Source: Anolis carolinensis (taxonomy: Eukaryota). Taken from it: a DNA stretch of 64,000 bases. The DNA lies in contig NC_085844.1 of NCBI RefSeq assembly GCF_035594765.1, positions 237,538,107 through 237,602,106 of the forward strand, in the 5' to 3' direction. The notes beneath the pieces are model-generated. The model saw only the letters and a list, made by a program, of their open reading frames with translations, had not been told where the DNA came from and ran no database searches. Of the stretch, positions 33,621-46,403 are shown piece after piece. Numbering within the stretch: position 1 is the first letter of the stretch; each line of letters opens with the position of its first letter. The translations under genes and the position numbers were made by a program.

Positions 33621-36600
33621 GTTCTTGGCCTAAAACAAAGATGCACTAATAAAAATAATTAATATTTTTGCCAGAGCATCTGAGACACAAATTGAATTGG
33701 GTGACAAAACTGAATATGGGTGACAAAACTGAATAGGGGTGACAAAATGGTACTGTACTGTATAACTGAGAAGTGCTACATTTGCAAAGTGCTATAAATG
33801 AAGTGCCTTGAGGAATGATAAACATATATGGAATTATAGTGCTCTGATTCCATGGTTTGTTCCTGTGGAATCCTGGGATGTACTCTTTAAGGAGCGCTAT
33901 GTAGAATTTCTCAAATGGAGAGCTCAGGTGTCTCATGACAATCCCAAGAAATCCATAGGATGGAGTCATGGCAGTTAAAGTGGAATTGTAGTGTTATATC
34001 TCAAAGTCCAGCTCCATCAGCCTCATCATCAGTGTTCAAACAATATGGGAGTTGAAGTACAAACAATATGAAAAACACCAGGAGGTAAAAGCTCTATTGC
34101 ATAACTCTGCTTTGTACCAGGCCAGAATCAGAGTTTAGGAAAGATTATGTTTTGGACTCCCAGCTTCCCTCAAGTTGCCACATTCTGGGTCAAACTGTTG
34201 TCCTTCTAGTTCATTGTGGTTGCATCTGGCAAGAAATAGCAATAATCTGCTTTTTAGTCCTGGAAATAGAAGATGGCAGTGCCGTGCTGGTGTGGGATTC
34301 TGGGACTTATCATCCAAAAAAAGAGTTTTTAATGCTTATAATGACAGGGGGAATGTATGTTGGAAAGACTAAAGGGTAACTTATAAACTAGTAAATAGGT
34401 CTTCTGGTATGCAAAAAATGCAATACAAATGACCAAGAAAGATAAAGAAAGGAATATGTATTCATTTTTCATGGTAGAAGACAAAACGATTAAAGGGAGA
34501 AAGGAAAATCTATGTGTCTCTCTGTTTCCATTTTGTTGTGCCTGGAATTTCTTCAAACATGATGTCAGTTGCACATACATGGATATTGTAGGCAGATCAG
34601 GGTTCATAATTTCTAGCCTCTGAGGAATACAGCGAAATATGAAATCTTTTTGACATGTCTCATGGCTCCCTGCACACAGCCTGTGGCTACTCCCAGAGTT
34701 GTTCCAGACCTTAATAGACAAGATGGGACATCTAGTTAGAGATGATATCCTGCCAACTTGTTTCATCTGTCTGCGCCCATATGTTTGGTCCTTCAGTGGC
34801 CAGTCTACAAATACACATTGAGTTACTGTGAGATCAAGACTTTGTTGTAATAAATATACTCAGCCTGCAAACTCAGCCTTTTGTGTTGTTGTGGAAGATA
34901 AGATGATGTACACATTACAGGGCTTAGTATGCGGTTACTCAGAATGATTCATTTTATATTTATAGATGGTATCTGTTCCCATGAAGGTATCTGAAGATCA
35001 TACCTGCCCAACATTTCACAGATAAAAAACATCTGTATGGCCCAGAAACATCAGAGTATGATCAAGATAGCAAACGTTGTTAATGTGGAGGAACAGATAG
35101 GCTAGGAGAAGGTACAGCTGGTAGCTTTTGCTTGATTCTACTGAGAAATGTAAGATTTTCCACTCCTTCCTCTCTCCACTGCTGAGTTAGTTGAATGCAA
35201 ACTATTTCTGCATTTTAAATTCAAAAGCAATTGCAGTAATATGAGGATAAAGAGGAAAGTGGGAGGAAGAAGAAGAAACATTTTAAAAACAGTTCAAAAA
35301 ATAGGACTGCAGAACACTAATTAGAATGAGCCCTGCAAAATGGGGATGGCTGGACAGTTTGAAAGAGAGTTTTTAGCAGGAAAACCAGGAACTACATTGG
35401 AGAGATATTTTTGTTTTGTTGATTCCTCCTCCTCCCCTGTAGAAAAGCTGCTTCAGTATGTGAAGTGGCAGCCGTTATGGGCTTACTAGGATCGCTATAA
35501 TCTTAAAATAACTTTGACATTTATAACAAGAGAATTTCTAAGGCTTCATACCCTTTCTGCTGGGAGTAAAATGCTTACTGGAGGGAAAATAAACACATAG
35601 GTTTTATAACATGGTTGGTCATAAATGACAGGGGAAGTTGATAGATAGGCAGGCCACAGTCCCCAAAGATGTGTTTCTGTGCAAGCTACGTTGGGATGAA
35701 TATGTACTGAGCAATAAAACTTGTTGATGAATGTTAAGACAACAATTCTAAGAATCATTTTTCTAAATCCCATACACATTCAACAACATCGAGTTCTTAT
35801 TTAATGATGTAGCTCACGGTATGTGAATTGGCAAGACAGTCCCTATGCATCCCCATGGCTTCCATGTTTGCATCATGGAATTCAGCTTCAGTATGTGCTT
35901 GTGAAGGTGGATGATGGTGGTGGCAGATATCGATATCATCATCAGTTTCATAGTCTACTAGAAGTTCTCATTGTCATATTGGACCATCAATGATTTGAAT
36001 TCTATCGAAGTGTTGTGGAATTTCGTTTGGACGTGGGTGAAGAAAGCAGACTGACAGCAGAAGTTGTCTTCAAGATAGTTTACTTTTGGCCAAGAGCAGG
36101 TGACAATGTTAGCTAATGCCCAAGAAAACGCAATGCCACACCTTGCCTGTAGTGGCTTTCCAATTTATACAATTTTACAGAGCATGCGCAGAAGCTAACT
36201 GACAATGGAATTTGCTGACTATTACAATCCTTTTGGACATGCGTAGTTGCCTTGTAACTTATATAACTCATTACTCATCACATCAGGTGAAGTGTCCATA
36301 GTTTGCTCCACGTATGCACTATCCTCAGGTGACATGTTCATAGTTCATTCCACGTAACTCATCCGGGCAGCCAAATCATTACTGCAGTTTGCATGACCTT
36401 ATATTGTGAGCAAAGAGCAAATGTCAGGCAGAACATGTCCTGTCAACACTTTCATGGAAAAACAAGATTTTTGAGTAAGGGTCATCTAGGTAAGGGATTA
36501 TTAGGGTCTTTAAATAAAATATTCAAGAGCTGCTACATTAGAAGAATCTTGAAATACTGTGGTCATATGATATGAGGTGTTGTCATATGATGTGGCACAT

Positions 36601-38576
36601 TCCAAGTAACATGTCTTTTTGTAATTGTGAAATAGTGTTCCATGTGTGCAATTAAATTCAGAAGTTTTGCTGTGGTGATGATGCTAGTAGCTGTTACTGT
36701 ATGTGTACCTTCAAGTGACTCTTGGCTTATGTTGAACCCATGAATTTCACACAATTTTCTCATGCAAGGAATACTCAAAGGTGGCTTTGCTAGTCCCTCC
36801 CTCTGAAATATAGCCCTACAGCACCTGGCATTCTTTGACAGTCTTCCATCCAAGTATTAAACAAGCTTAGCTTCCAAGATCAGTTAGAAGCTGGTGCCTT
36901 TTTACTGATAAGTTTCCAGGTACTTTCTTCAAAGGATTCCATGCTCTCCAGATATATGATCTATCATTCTTACAAGAACTCTATAATATTGGTAGGCATT
37001 CCATAAGGTCAATGGGAAATGGTCAGGGGCTGAGAAAGAATATGTAAGACAACCTAGAAATTTCCTGACTCCAGCCTCTTAACTTCTATGCTGCGCCAGC
37101 AGGATTAACCTCCATGCCCCAGAATACAAAAACACATGCTTTGAGTCTGTTGTGGAGGTATTTTCTGACCACATGAGAATTTCAGTGTATTGAACATTCA
37201 TGGTATGGATTTTAGGATAAGAAGAAGAGTTTAATGTATACTTATTTCATGAATCTACTTGAATTCCCATCCCAGTTCACCCTTAACTGGGCTAACATGC
37301 GTCACTTCTGCTTCTTGGCATCATTGTACAACAACAACAACAAACAAACAACAACAACTTGGGATTTCTATTGCTATTGTTGTTCCAATATACCATATTG
37401 GCTGATACAGTAAATTATCTTTCCCTCACAAAAATGAATACATTGCATGAGATGATATTTGACCCAGTCATTTTTATCTGTTGAAAAACAAACAAAAACC
37501 TGACTGAACTTTGGGGACTTCAGGCAAAAATGTCAACCTGTAAACTTGTAGGTCAATTTTCTGTGGATTCTGCATTACTGTAAAATACCATGTTCTGGTA
37601 TGTGAAGGTCAAAATTCACATTCTCCCGTTTTTGAGAAGAATATGATATACAGCAAGTATACTTTTAAAAAGCAGTCCACATATGTACAGATGTATTGTT
37701 TGGGATACATGATTTTGACAAAATATGGTTGCAATGCTTTCCCCATAACATGTGAAGGCTCTGAAAGCATACACCCTTGAATGACTACTGTGAAGGTGCC
37801 CTTGTCTTCTTCCATATCATTTCCTGCAAAGTATACTTTTGGGGAGGAACAGCATACTTTCTTTGCCAAGAGAGCTTTTTCAGCATGGAAGTAATCCAGT
37901 CTTTCAATTATGGATAGGATGCAAGGGAATACACTTGAACAGTCCTTGTGGAATTTTTTTACCATTGTATTGTGACTACAAAGCATTCAAATCCTGGATT
38001 CTCATAAGAAGGGGCAAAAAAAAAACAATGGAAAAGAAAATATAAAATTCAAAATGATGGTGAGCTGGAGAATTTAACACAGGGAAGTATAATATCATCC
38101 TTATCATCTTTTTCTGAATTCACCTTCCAGGTACATTGCAGCTCAGGCACACATTTCATTGCCTTTCCACCCTTTAATAGAAATTCATGTGTATTTTTTA
38201 GTACAATCTTCTAAATATTTGTGCTTTTTATGTTTTGAAATGTATGCATTTTTCGCCCATTGTCCATGTTGTACCAACGATGATTAAAGTGCATTTTTCA
38301 AACAGTCATATTTATCCAATGCATATTTTAGGGTTTACAATGTATGTCTCAAACACATGAATATATTAATACAAATTGTATTAGATGGGTTTGAGAAGTG
38401 CACATTGGATAACATCAGGTCAAAAAATGAGTTGAAACCAATGGTTCCCCAATTCCTTGGTTGTAATGCTAGTAACAACCAAAAGTTGAGCTGGATATTG
38501 GATCTTGACTCCAGTTTGGCACCGCTTTGTATCTGTAATGTTGTACAAGGAGAAAGAGAAAGCCCATGCTTACAGT

Positions 38577-39360
38577 CAGAGCCGGCCCTAGGTATTTTTC
38601 AAGTGTAGGAGAACAGAATTTTGGCGCCCCCCCCCCCAAACCAATCACTGAAAAATAAAAGCGTTGGATAAGCGAAAATGTTGGATAATAAGGAAGTATA
38701 AAGGAAAAGCCTATAAAACATCAAATTACATTATGATTTTAAAAATTAAGCACCAAAACATCATGTTTTACAACAAATCAATAGAAAAAGCAGTTCAATA
38801 CATGGTAATGTTATGTAGGAATTACTATATTTGCAAATTTAGCACTAAACATTGAACAGGGATATAGGGCAGTGTGGACTTAGATAACCCAAATAGCCCT
38901 CAGTATTAAAAAAAAAAACTCTAAAATCAGGACAATAAATAAAGAACAACCCTCTGAAAACAGAAGAAATCCAGACAGTAAACAATCAGGGACAGCTAAC
39001 TCCTCCCAAAAAAAGATTCTCCCAGGCAAGAAGAAGCCAGGCCTTGAAGCCACAGGGCCATTAAATGCTAATCAAGGTGATTAATTACAACATTCACACC
39101 TGCTTCAAAGAAAAGTTCTTTCTCCCACCCTGGACCTTCTACAGATATATAAACCCCACATACCTAGCTTCCAAGTTCCTACAGACCTCACAATCTCTGA
39201 AGGCCCCAAAGGTGGGCTTGCGTGGTGCGAAGGTGGGCCGCTGGAAGGCCCGAAAGAGAAGGAGGTGGAGAGTGGTGCCCTCCTCCCAGGACGATGGTGC
39301 CCCCGGGACGATGGCGCCACAGGCAAATGCCTATTTCGCCTTATGGTTGGACCGCCTCTG
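38577..39360. mobile_element. Composite non-autonomous hAT element
   Basis: TIRs cagagccggccc / ggaccgcctctg; perfect 8-bp TSD CTTACAGT (38569-38576 and 39361-39368); internal Tc1-MITE and Penelope-like pieces. Confidence 0.88.
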
Positions 39361-39942
39361 CTTACAGTTGTACCTGTAGTGACTCTTTAGATGCTGAAGA
39401 GTGTCTTTCATGTGGCATGGAATACTGTATATTTGAAATTTGCTTTAAAATAAAGGCAAGTGCATCAGTTCATCCTCAGAGGTGGTTGAAGACTGTGTTA
39501 GCGAAATGAAACAGCCTCTGCTAATCAGTTGCTAGAGACACAAATGGGATTACCATCATCTTTGTTAATTTCCTAGAGACATCCATTTCACCATTGAAAG
39601 AACTGGAATGCTGACCTTCATGGACCTTTGGTCTGATCAACATTGAAAAGCAGAAATGCTCTTATGTTCTTAACAATGTAAATGAATGTCTCGTGCCACA
39701 GTCACAGCAATTCCTATCACAATGTCACGGCAGCATATGGCACGGTTAATCCCTTTTCATTAAAACTGGCGTGGTAAACCAATTGTGAACACTTGTAAGC
39801 TCCAAACACTTCCTTTAGAGAACACTATTCTTCATGCTTGTTTCTTGATATATTGAAGTATTGTCATTGGCCAGATTATCCTGGATCAACACAGAATGTA
39901 AGGACTGTCCCTAAATGCAGAACTGCGGGCTAGACCTACATA

Positions 39943-40351
39943 CCGTGTTTCCCTGAAAATAAGACAGTGTCTTATATAAATTTTTGCTCCTAAAGATGCA
40001 CTAGGTCTTATTTTCAGGGGATGTCATATTTTTCCATGAAGAAGAATTCACATTTATTGTTGAACAAAAAAAATGAACATTTATTATATACTGTACAGTA
40101 ATTGTCATCACAAACCAACATAACCAGACAAACTGTGGATCCTGTCAAGAATTTCTTTTTACTACTATTACTTCCATCTATGGTACATACATTGACCAAT
40201 CCTGTATGCTCTTGTGTTTTGTTTGGCAGGCATGCTTCCAAACAAAAACTTTGCTAGGTCTTACTTTCAGGGGAGGCCTTGTATTTAGCAATTCAGCAAA
40301 ACCTCTACTAGGACTTATTTTCAGGGATGTCTTATTTTTGGGGAAACAGGG
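39943..40351. mobile_element. Mariner/Tc1 MITE
   Basis: TA|ccgtgtttccctgaaaataagaca ... tgtcttatttttggggaaacaggg|TA; subterminal ctaggtcttattttcaggg repeats. Confidence 0.85.
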
Positions 40352-41521
40352 TAGTGGCTGGATGGATATGGTTCTGACTAATCTGGATGCTATTATCTGC
40401 AAGGTCTTGAACATTTTACAGAGCAAAATACATACAAATTTTATAGAACCCGTATTTCGGACTACAGCTCCTATTGTCCCCCTGCAAGCATGGGCACCAG
40501 CCAAAATGGTTGGGGCATTCTAGGAATTACAATCCAAAAAGTTATTTTGTGTTACTTTTTGAAGTATAGTTTTGAATGATCTACATCTCTGCAACTAGTC
40601 TGCTACACTAATAGATAGAGAACTATTAACTATTGCAGTACTGATTGCCTTCTCATTTGAAATTGAGATGGTGCCATTGTATCCTTTGCCTCGGGCAGAA
40701 AAATGCCTTGGTCTTGCTTCTGTTTCTTTGATTCAAGCCAGATGGGCATAGAGATGTATTTTATTCCTCTCAAAAGCCAGTATCATGATTCCTGAAAGGA
40801 CTGTGTATTTACATTTCAATTATATATCAAAATACACTTTGTATTGCTCCTGTGGGTGATAGAAGCATGTTCTGCTTATTGTTGCCAGTTTCATCTCTGC
40901 AGTACTGAGCTGCATTTTGATATGGCTAGCTACGCTAAGACTTAAGGGCTGTTTCATGTATTACCCAGCAAGGATCCAAGGTTTGCTTTTAAAAAGAAAA
41001 CTCAGTCACTCCCAGCTCCCTTCTGAGTATACCTTCTATAGATGCTTGCAACCATTCACATCCTGATAGCGTGGTTCATGAGATAAATATGGAGAAAAAA
41101 CTCTTCATTGCTAAATGATAAGACTTGCCAATTCCTTTTTTTCCTCAAAGAACATATATACATTTATTTTTAGTATCTTTAGAAAACTGCAGAGTATGGG
41201 AAAATGTGATAATGGCTGCCTTCTTGGCTGCGTGGAAGAGTAGATAGCATTGCATGTATTTTGGATTGTGTGAATCTAGGGCTCATTCTATCAGAAAGTC
41301 CCAGCATGAACTCTTATTGATTGGATATTTTGTACAATCACATTTAGAGTTAGCCAAAAGAAAGGAAAACATAACAGGAAAATATACTTCATGTTTTCCA
41401 ACATTTCCTAGATGCAAACTGGGAAATATATGGTCAAGCAACCTCATAAATGATAAGTGGAGTGCTGCGGCCTGCAGGCTTCTGTCCTGGGCCCGGTTCT
41501 GTTCAACATCTTTTTTAATGA

Positions 41522-41900
41522 CTAGCTGTGCCCTGCCATGCATTACTGTGGCAAAGTGTGGTGGTATGGGAAATAACGTATTGAGGAATTGGTGGTAGTT
41601 AGTATATGTTATTTCCTAAAGCTTGTGAATATACAATATTTCTGGTTGTTCCTTTTTTTGTCTTTTGCAGGGAAGTATGAATGCAGTAATTAGCCAGAAT
41701 GATTAGCATGTAATGGCCTTTCAGCTTCAAAGCCTGGGTGCTGCTTCCCTGGGGGAATATTTTGTTGGGAAGTGTTAGCTGGCCTTGATTGTTTCATGTC
41801 TGGAATTCCCATTTTCAGAGTGTTGTTCTTTATTTACTGTTCTGGTTTTAGAGTTTTAAAATACTTGGAACCAGATTGTGTTCATTTTCTTGACAGCAAC
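41522..41900 (-). mobile_element. Helitron 3' end with an adjoining Penelope-like segment
   Basis: a|ctagctgtgccctgccatgcattactgtggc is the reverse of the Helitron terminus at 31847-31877; about 41685-41870 is the reverse complement of about 38900-39090. Confidence 0.7.
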
Positions 41901-41901
41901 A

Positions 41902-41902
41902 C

Positions 41903-41949
<47 letters not shown>

Positions 41950-41953
41950 CAAC
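41902..41953 (+). repeat. (TAA)n(CAA)n microsatellite
   Basis: Directly visible; continues as (CAA)n at 44328-44361. Confidence 0.95.
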
Positions 41954-44327
41954 TTTGGGAAAATAATAAAAACTACAACAAAAACGCTGGGTGGATAAAG
42001 GAGTTTGAAGGAAAATTCTCACAGAACAAAATGGAACTGATGGAAATAACAACTGAAATGATCAGCAAACGAGTGCAAAAAGTCAAGAACTGGACATCGC
42101 CTGGCAGTGATCAACTTCATGGATTTTGGCTCAAACATCTGATTAGTTTACATGGAAAAATGGCCCAACAATTCAATGAGATGCTGCAGAAAGGAAGTAT
42201 CAGTGAATGGCTAACAACTGGAAGAACATACCTGATACAAAAGGATCCAGCAAAAGGAGCAGCACCAGGAAACTACAGGCCAATAACGTGTCTGCCCACT
42301 ATGTTTAAACTACTGACTGGCATCATAGCTGACAGAATTCAAGACTATCTTGAAGAAAAAAACATCTTGCCAGATGAACAGAAAGGCAACAAACGGAAAA
42401 GCAGGGGCACAAAAGACCAGTTATTGATTGACAAAATGATTCTGGAGAACTGTAAGAGCCGAAAAGCTAATCTTCACATGACGTGGATTGACTACAAAAA
42501 GGCCTTTGACTCACTCCCACACAGCTGGATCATCAAGTGCCTGGACGCCATCGGGATTTGTAAAACAGTTGGCACCTTCATTGAAAACATGATGGAGCAC
42601 TGGAAAACTGAACTGTTTGTTGGAAATGAAAGCTATGGACTTGTCAACATCAGGAGACGAATTTTCCAGGGAGATTCATTGTCCCCTATGCTTTTCATTA
42701 TTGCCATGATCCCTCTGTCAACAATCTTACAAAAAACAAATCTCGGCTATCAAATATCTAAGAATTCTCACAAAATTTCACATTTGATGTACATGGATGA
42801 CCTGAAGCTATATGGGAAAACGGAAACTGAAATCCAGTCTCTGACCAACACTGTCCGAATTTTTAGCACTGATATCAACATGGAGTTTGGTTTGGACAAA
42901 TGTTCGACAGTGGCATTGAAGAAGGGAAAAATCATTGAAAGTGAGGGCATAAATATGCCCAATGGCCAAACAATAAAGTGTCACCAGCCAGGGGCCTATA
43001 AATATCTGGGCATACTACAGCTGGACAACATCAAGCATGAACATGTGAAAACTGTGGTCAGCAAAGAATACACACAAAGGGTCAGAAAAATTCTCAAAAG
43101 CAAGCTCAATGGAGGCAACACCATCAAGGCCATAAACACCTGGGCCATACCTGTCATAAGATATACTGCTGGCATTATAAATTGGACACAGGTGGAAGTG
43201 GACAATTTGGACAGAAAAACAAGAAAACACATGACCATTCATCATTCACTGCACCCTCGCAGTGATGTTGACCGGCTATATCTGCCTAGAAGATCAGGGG
43301 GCAGAGGACTCTTACAAGTAAAGCAAGCAGTCAAAGAAGAAGAACATGCCCTGGCAGAATATGTCAAGCAAAGTGAAGAACCTGCTTTGATTGAAGTCAA
43401 AAATCAGAAACTCCTCAAAACACAGCAGACAAAAAACCAGTACAAGAAAACCGCACTACAAACTAGAGCTGACAGCTGGCACAACAAAACACTGCATGAA
43501 AAGTTCCTTGACAAAATTGAAGGAAAAGCTGATAAGGAGAAGACCTGGCTCTGGCTCACGAATGGGACCCTGAAGAAGGAGACAGAAGGCCTGATCCTTG
43601 CAGCCCAGGAGCAAGCCATCAGAACAAATGCAATTAAGGCCAAGATTGAAAAATCAGCTGATGACCCAAAATGCAGACTGTGCAAGGAAACCGACGAAAC
43701 CATTGATCATATCCTCAGCTGCTGTAAGAAAATCGCACAGACAGACTACAAACAGAGGCACAACTATGTGGCCCAAATGATTCATTGGAACTTATGCCTC
43801 AAGTACCACCTCCCAGCAGCAAAGAACTGGTGGGATCACAAACCTGCAAAAGTATTGGAAAATGAACATGCAAAGATACTGTGGGACTTCCGAATCCAGA
43901 CTGACAAAGTTCTGGAACACAACACACCAGACATCACAGTTGTGGAAAAGAACAAGGTTTGGATCATTGATGTTGCCATCCCAGGTGACAGTCGCATAGA
44001 TGAAAAACAACAGGAAAAACTCAGCCGCTATCAGGACCTCAAGATTGAACTTCAAAGACTCTGGCAGAAACCAGTACAGGTGGTCCCGGTGGTGATGGGC
44101 ACACTGGGTGCTGTGCCAAAAGATCTCAGCCGGCATTTGGAAACAATAGACATTGACAAAATCACCATCTGCCAACTGCAAAAGGCCACCCTACTGGGAC
44201 CTGCACACATCATCAGAAAATACATCACACAGTCCTAGACACTTGGGAAGTGTTCGACTTGTGGTTTTGCGAAACGAAATCCAGCATATCTATCTTGTTT
44301 GCTGTGCCATACAACGTCGTTGTGTTG
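41954..44327 (+). mobile_element. 5'-truncated R4-clade (Dong/Rex6-like) non-LTR retrotransposon
   Basis: Single RT-CCHC-REL ORF, short 3'UTR, microsatellite on both sides with ataacaacaac duplicated. Confidence 0.92.
42031..44238 (+). CDS. Reverse transcriptase, CCHC zinc finger and restriction-like endonuclease (N-terminally truncated)
   Basis: Motifs NYRPITCL, DYKKAFDS, FQGDSLSP, YMDD, YKYLG, CRLC..ETIDHILSCC, RHN, PD..IIDVAIP..KLSRY; the frame is open back to about 41954. Confidence 0.93.
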   Translation: MELMEITTEMISKRVQKVKNWTSPGSDQLHGFWLKHLISLHGKMAQQFNEMLQKGSISEWLTTGRTYLIQKDPAKGAAPGNYRPITCLPTMFKLLTGIIADRIQDYLEEKNILPDEQKGNKRKSRGTKDQLLIDKMILENCKSRKANLHMTWIDYKKAFDSLPHSWIIKCLDAIGICKTVGTFIENMMEHWKTELFVGNESYGLVNIRRRIFQGDSLSPMLFIIAMIPLSTILQKTNLGYQISKNSHKISHLMYMDDLKLYGKTETEIQSLTNTVRIFSTDINMEFGLDKCSTVALKKGKIIESEGINMPNGQTIKCHQPGAYKYLGILQLDNIKHEHVKTVVSKEYTQRVRKILKSKLNGGNTIKAINTWAIPVIRYTAGIINWTQVEVDNLDRKTRKHMTIHHSLHPRSDVDRLYLPRRSGGRGLLQVKQAVKEEEHALAEYVKQSEEPALIEVKNQKLLKTQQTKNQYKKTALQTRADSWHNKTLHEKFLDKIEGKADKEKTWLWLTNGTLKKETEGLILAAQEQAIRTNAIKAKIEKSADDPKCRLCKETDETIDHILSCCKKIAQTDYKQRHNYVAQMIHWNLCLKYHLPAAKNWWDHKPAKVLENEHAKILWDFRIQTDKVLEHNTPDITVVEKNKVWIIDVAIPGDSRIDEKQQEKLSRYQDLKIELQRLWQKPVQVVPVVMGTLGAVPKDLSRHLETIDIDKITICQLQKATLLGPAHIIRKYITQS

Positions 44328-44329
44328 AT

Positions 44330-44362
<33 letters not shown>

Positions 44363-44399
44363 TCTGATAATATACAGTACATTTCTACACAATTGTATA

Positions 44400-44580
44400 A
44401 AATCCACATTGAACTGGATTATATGGCAGTGTGGACTCAACATAATCCAGTTCAAAACAGATACTGTGGATTATGTGTCTTGGCATTCTGTGTTATATAG
44501 CTGTGTGAAAGGGCCTTGAATCTACACTGCCATATAATCCAGTTCAAATCAGATAATCTGTATTTTATAGGCAGTGTGGC
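44400..44580. repeat. Inverted/tandem repeat element (ggcagtgtgg..ataatccagttcaaa)
   Basis: ttgaactggattatatggcagtgt occurs with its inverse acactgccatataatccagttcaa; the motif is also present at about 38862-38890. Confidence 0.6.
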
Positions 44581-46075
44581 TCAAATGTTACACACAAAGA
44601 GGCCTTATGCTCAGCAGAAGTTACAGCGTATAAACCCTTTTGCAATTTCAGTGTCTCTTTGTAAATGATTTGAGCAAAGAAAGAAACGTAACAAAAGAAG
44701 CTCAGCTGGGAAATATGAGAACAATGAAATTTGCTTCAAGTAGGGTGCTTAGCGTGATACGTTAATAGGCATTCTTGAGCAGCTGTGATTGACTTTTGAT
44801 ATATTCTCTTCTTTATTACTCTTCACCATCTATTTGCCTTTATTGCCACATTTTTCATATATATACCCATTTACTCTGTGTGTGAACTTTCACTTATCTT
44901 GCATGCTTGATGAACATGACCTTGATTTTCCTCCTAACATTGCCTCCGCAAAACCTTTGGCCTGTGTTCATAAATTGCTCTTGTCTAGACGAAAGACAAA
45001 GCAAACGGGGACAGGATTCTACTGCACAAAGCCAAGGCATTGAGAATGAAGGCTTGAACTCTGCTTTGTCATTCTGCCTAAATAAAATACAAAATATGGA
45101 CCAGAATGCTTCTTAAACATTATTAGACACTTTGGTTTTCATAATTATTTGCAGAATCAGCTGTTAGCTGTTGATGATTAACAGCCAGGGGAATTGTAAC
45201 TTGCATTCTACTGTGTGACCTAAGAATGGGTTTCGACTTCAGTTTTAAGTGGGAATAACTTCTCTAGATGATGTCAGTAACACCAATTACATTCCTCCAT
45301 TACCCTCAAGTTTACAAAAGGTCAGATTAGAGGGACGAAAAGATATCTGTGGGTCAGGTTGGCCATATTATATCAATGGCTTGGAGCGTTTCTCTGTTTG
45401 TCCAAATTTTGTGCAGTCAGTAAATGGTAGCCTTTATGGATTCCCCCCTCCACATATAATTAGACTCCACTCTCATAGATGTACATGAACATCTGTTTAG
45501 CTGGCTATTATTTATAGAGTATAAATAATAATATTTATTTGTTTGAAATTTATTTGGCATTTACCCCTTTTTCTATTTCTTGATCATGTCCCTTCTAAAT
45601 TGCATCTCAGTTGAAAATTCTTTAGACATCTAGCCTGATTTCTTGCTTTCATTTTCCTCCTTGTTGAAACTCTTTCAGACTGTTCCTTCAATTTCTCCTT
45701 TTTAAGAAACTCCCATTCATCATGAACTTCCATTTCTTTTAGAATCACTTAGCATAAAATCAAATTCCATGGTCATTTCCACTAAAGGAAATGACCATGG
45801 CACATCCACCCCATTAACTGGGTGATTATTGTTGGTTAGGATCAGATCTAAAACAGCTGATCCCCCTTGTTGCCTCTTTCACTTTCAATACAATGACATG
45901 GTCTTCAAAGCAAGTGAGGAATTTGTGAGACCTTATATTCTTTGTTAGAGTTTGACTGCCAACCAATTTCATAGTTGATATCTCCCATTACTACTACATC
46001 TCTCAATTCTGACTCTGGTTGTCTGTTTCAGGAAGGTATCAAGTAAGTCTGTTTTAGAGATCTGTAGTAGATCTA

Positions 46076-46403
46076 GGGGCCCCTGATGGCACAGTGTGTT
46101 AAAGCGCTGAGCTGCTGAACTTGCAGACCAAAAGGTCCCAGGTTCAAATCCCAAGAGCGGAATGAGCACCCGCTGTTAGCCCCAGCTCCTGCCAACCTAG
46201 CAGTTCGAAAACATGCAAATGTGAATAGATCAATAGGTACCGCTCCATCAGGAAGGTAACAGCGCTCCATGCAGTCATGCTGGCCACATGACCTTGGAGG
46301 TGTCTACGGACAATGCCGGCTCTTCGGCTAAGAAATGGAGATGAGCACCAACCCCCAGAGTCAGTCACGACTGGACTTAACGTCAGGGGAAACCTTTACC
46401 TTT
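46076..46403 (+). mobile_element. Sauria SINE
   Basis: tRNA-like head ggggcccctgatggcacagtgtgttaaagcg..ggttcaaatccc; ACCTTT tail; TSD tagtagatc. Confidence 0.93.

Noticed and set aside
33700-33748. 19-bp tandem repeat gtgacaaaactgaata.gg (about 2.5 copies)
   Set aside because: Ordinary local slippage duplication with no further structure.
39170-39215. Possible Penelope-associated hammerhead ribozyme
   Set aside because: The fragment ends at ctctgaag; the downstream stem II and GAAA core are absent, so no complete ribozyme is present.
46076-46155. tRNA-like sequence with A and B boxes
   Set aside because: It is the tRNA-derived head of a Sauria SINE, not a tRNA gene.
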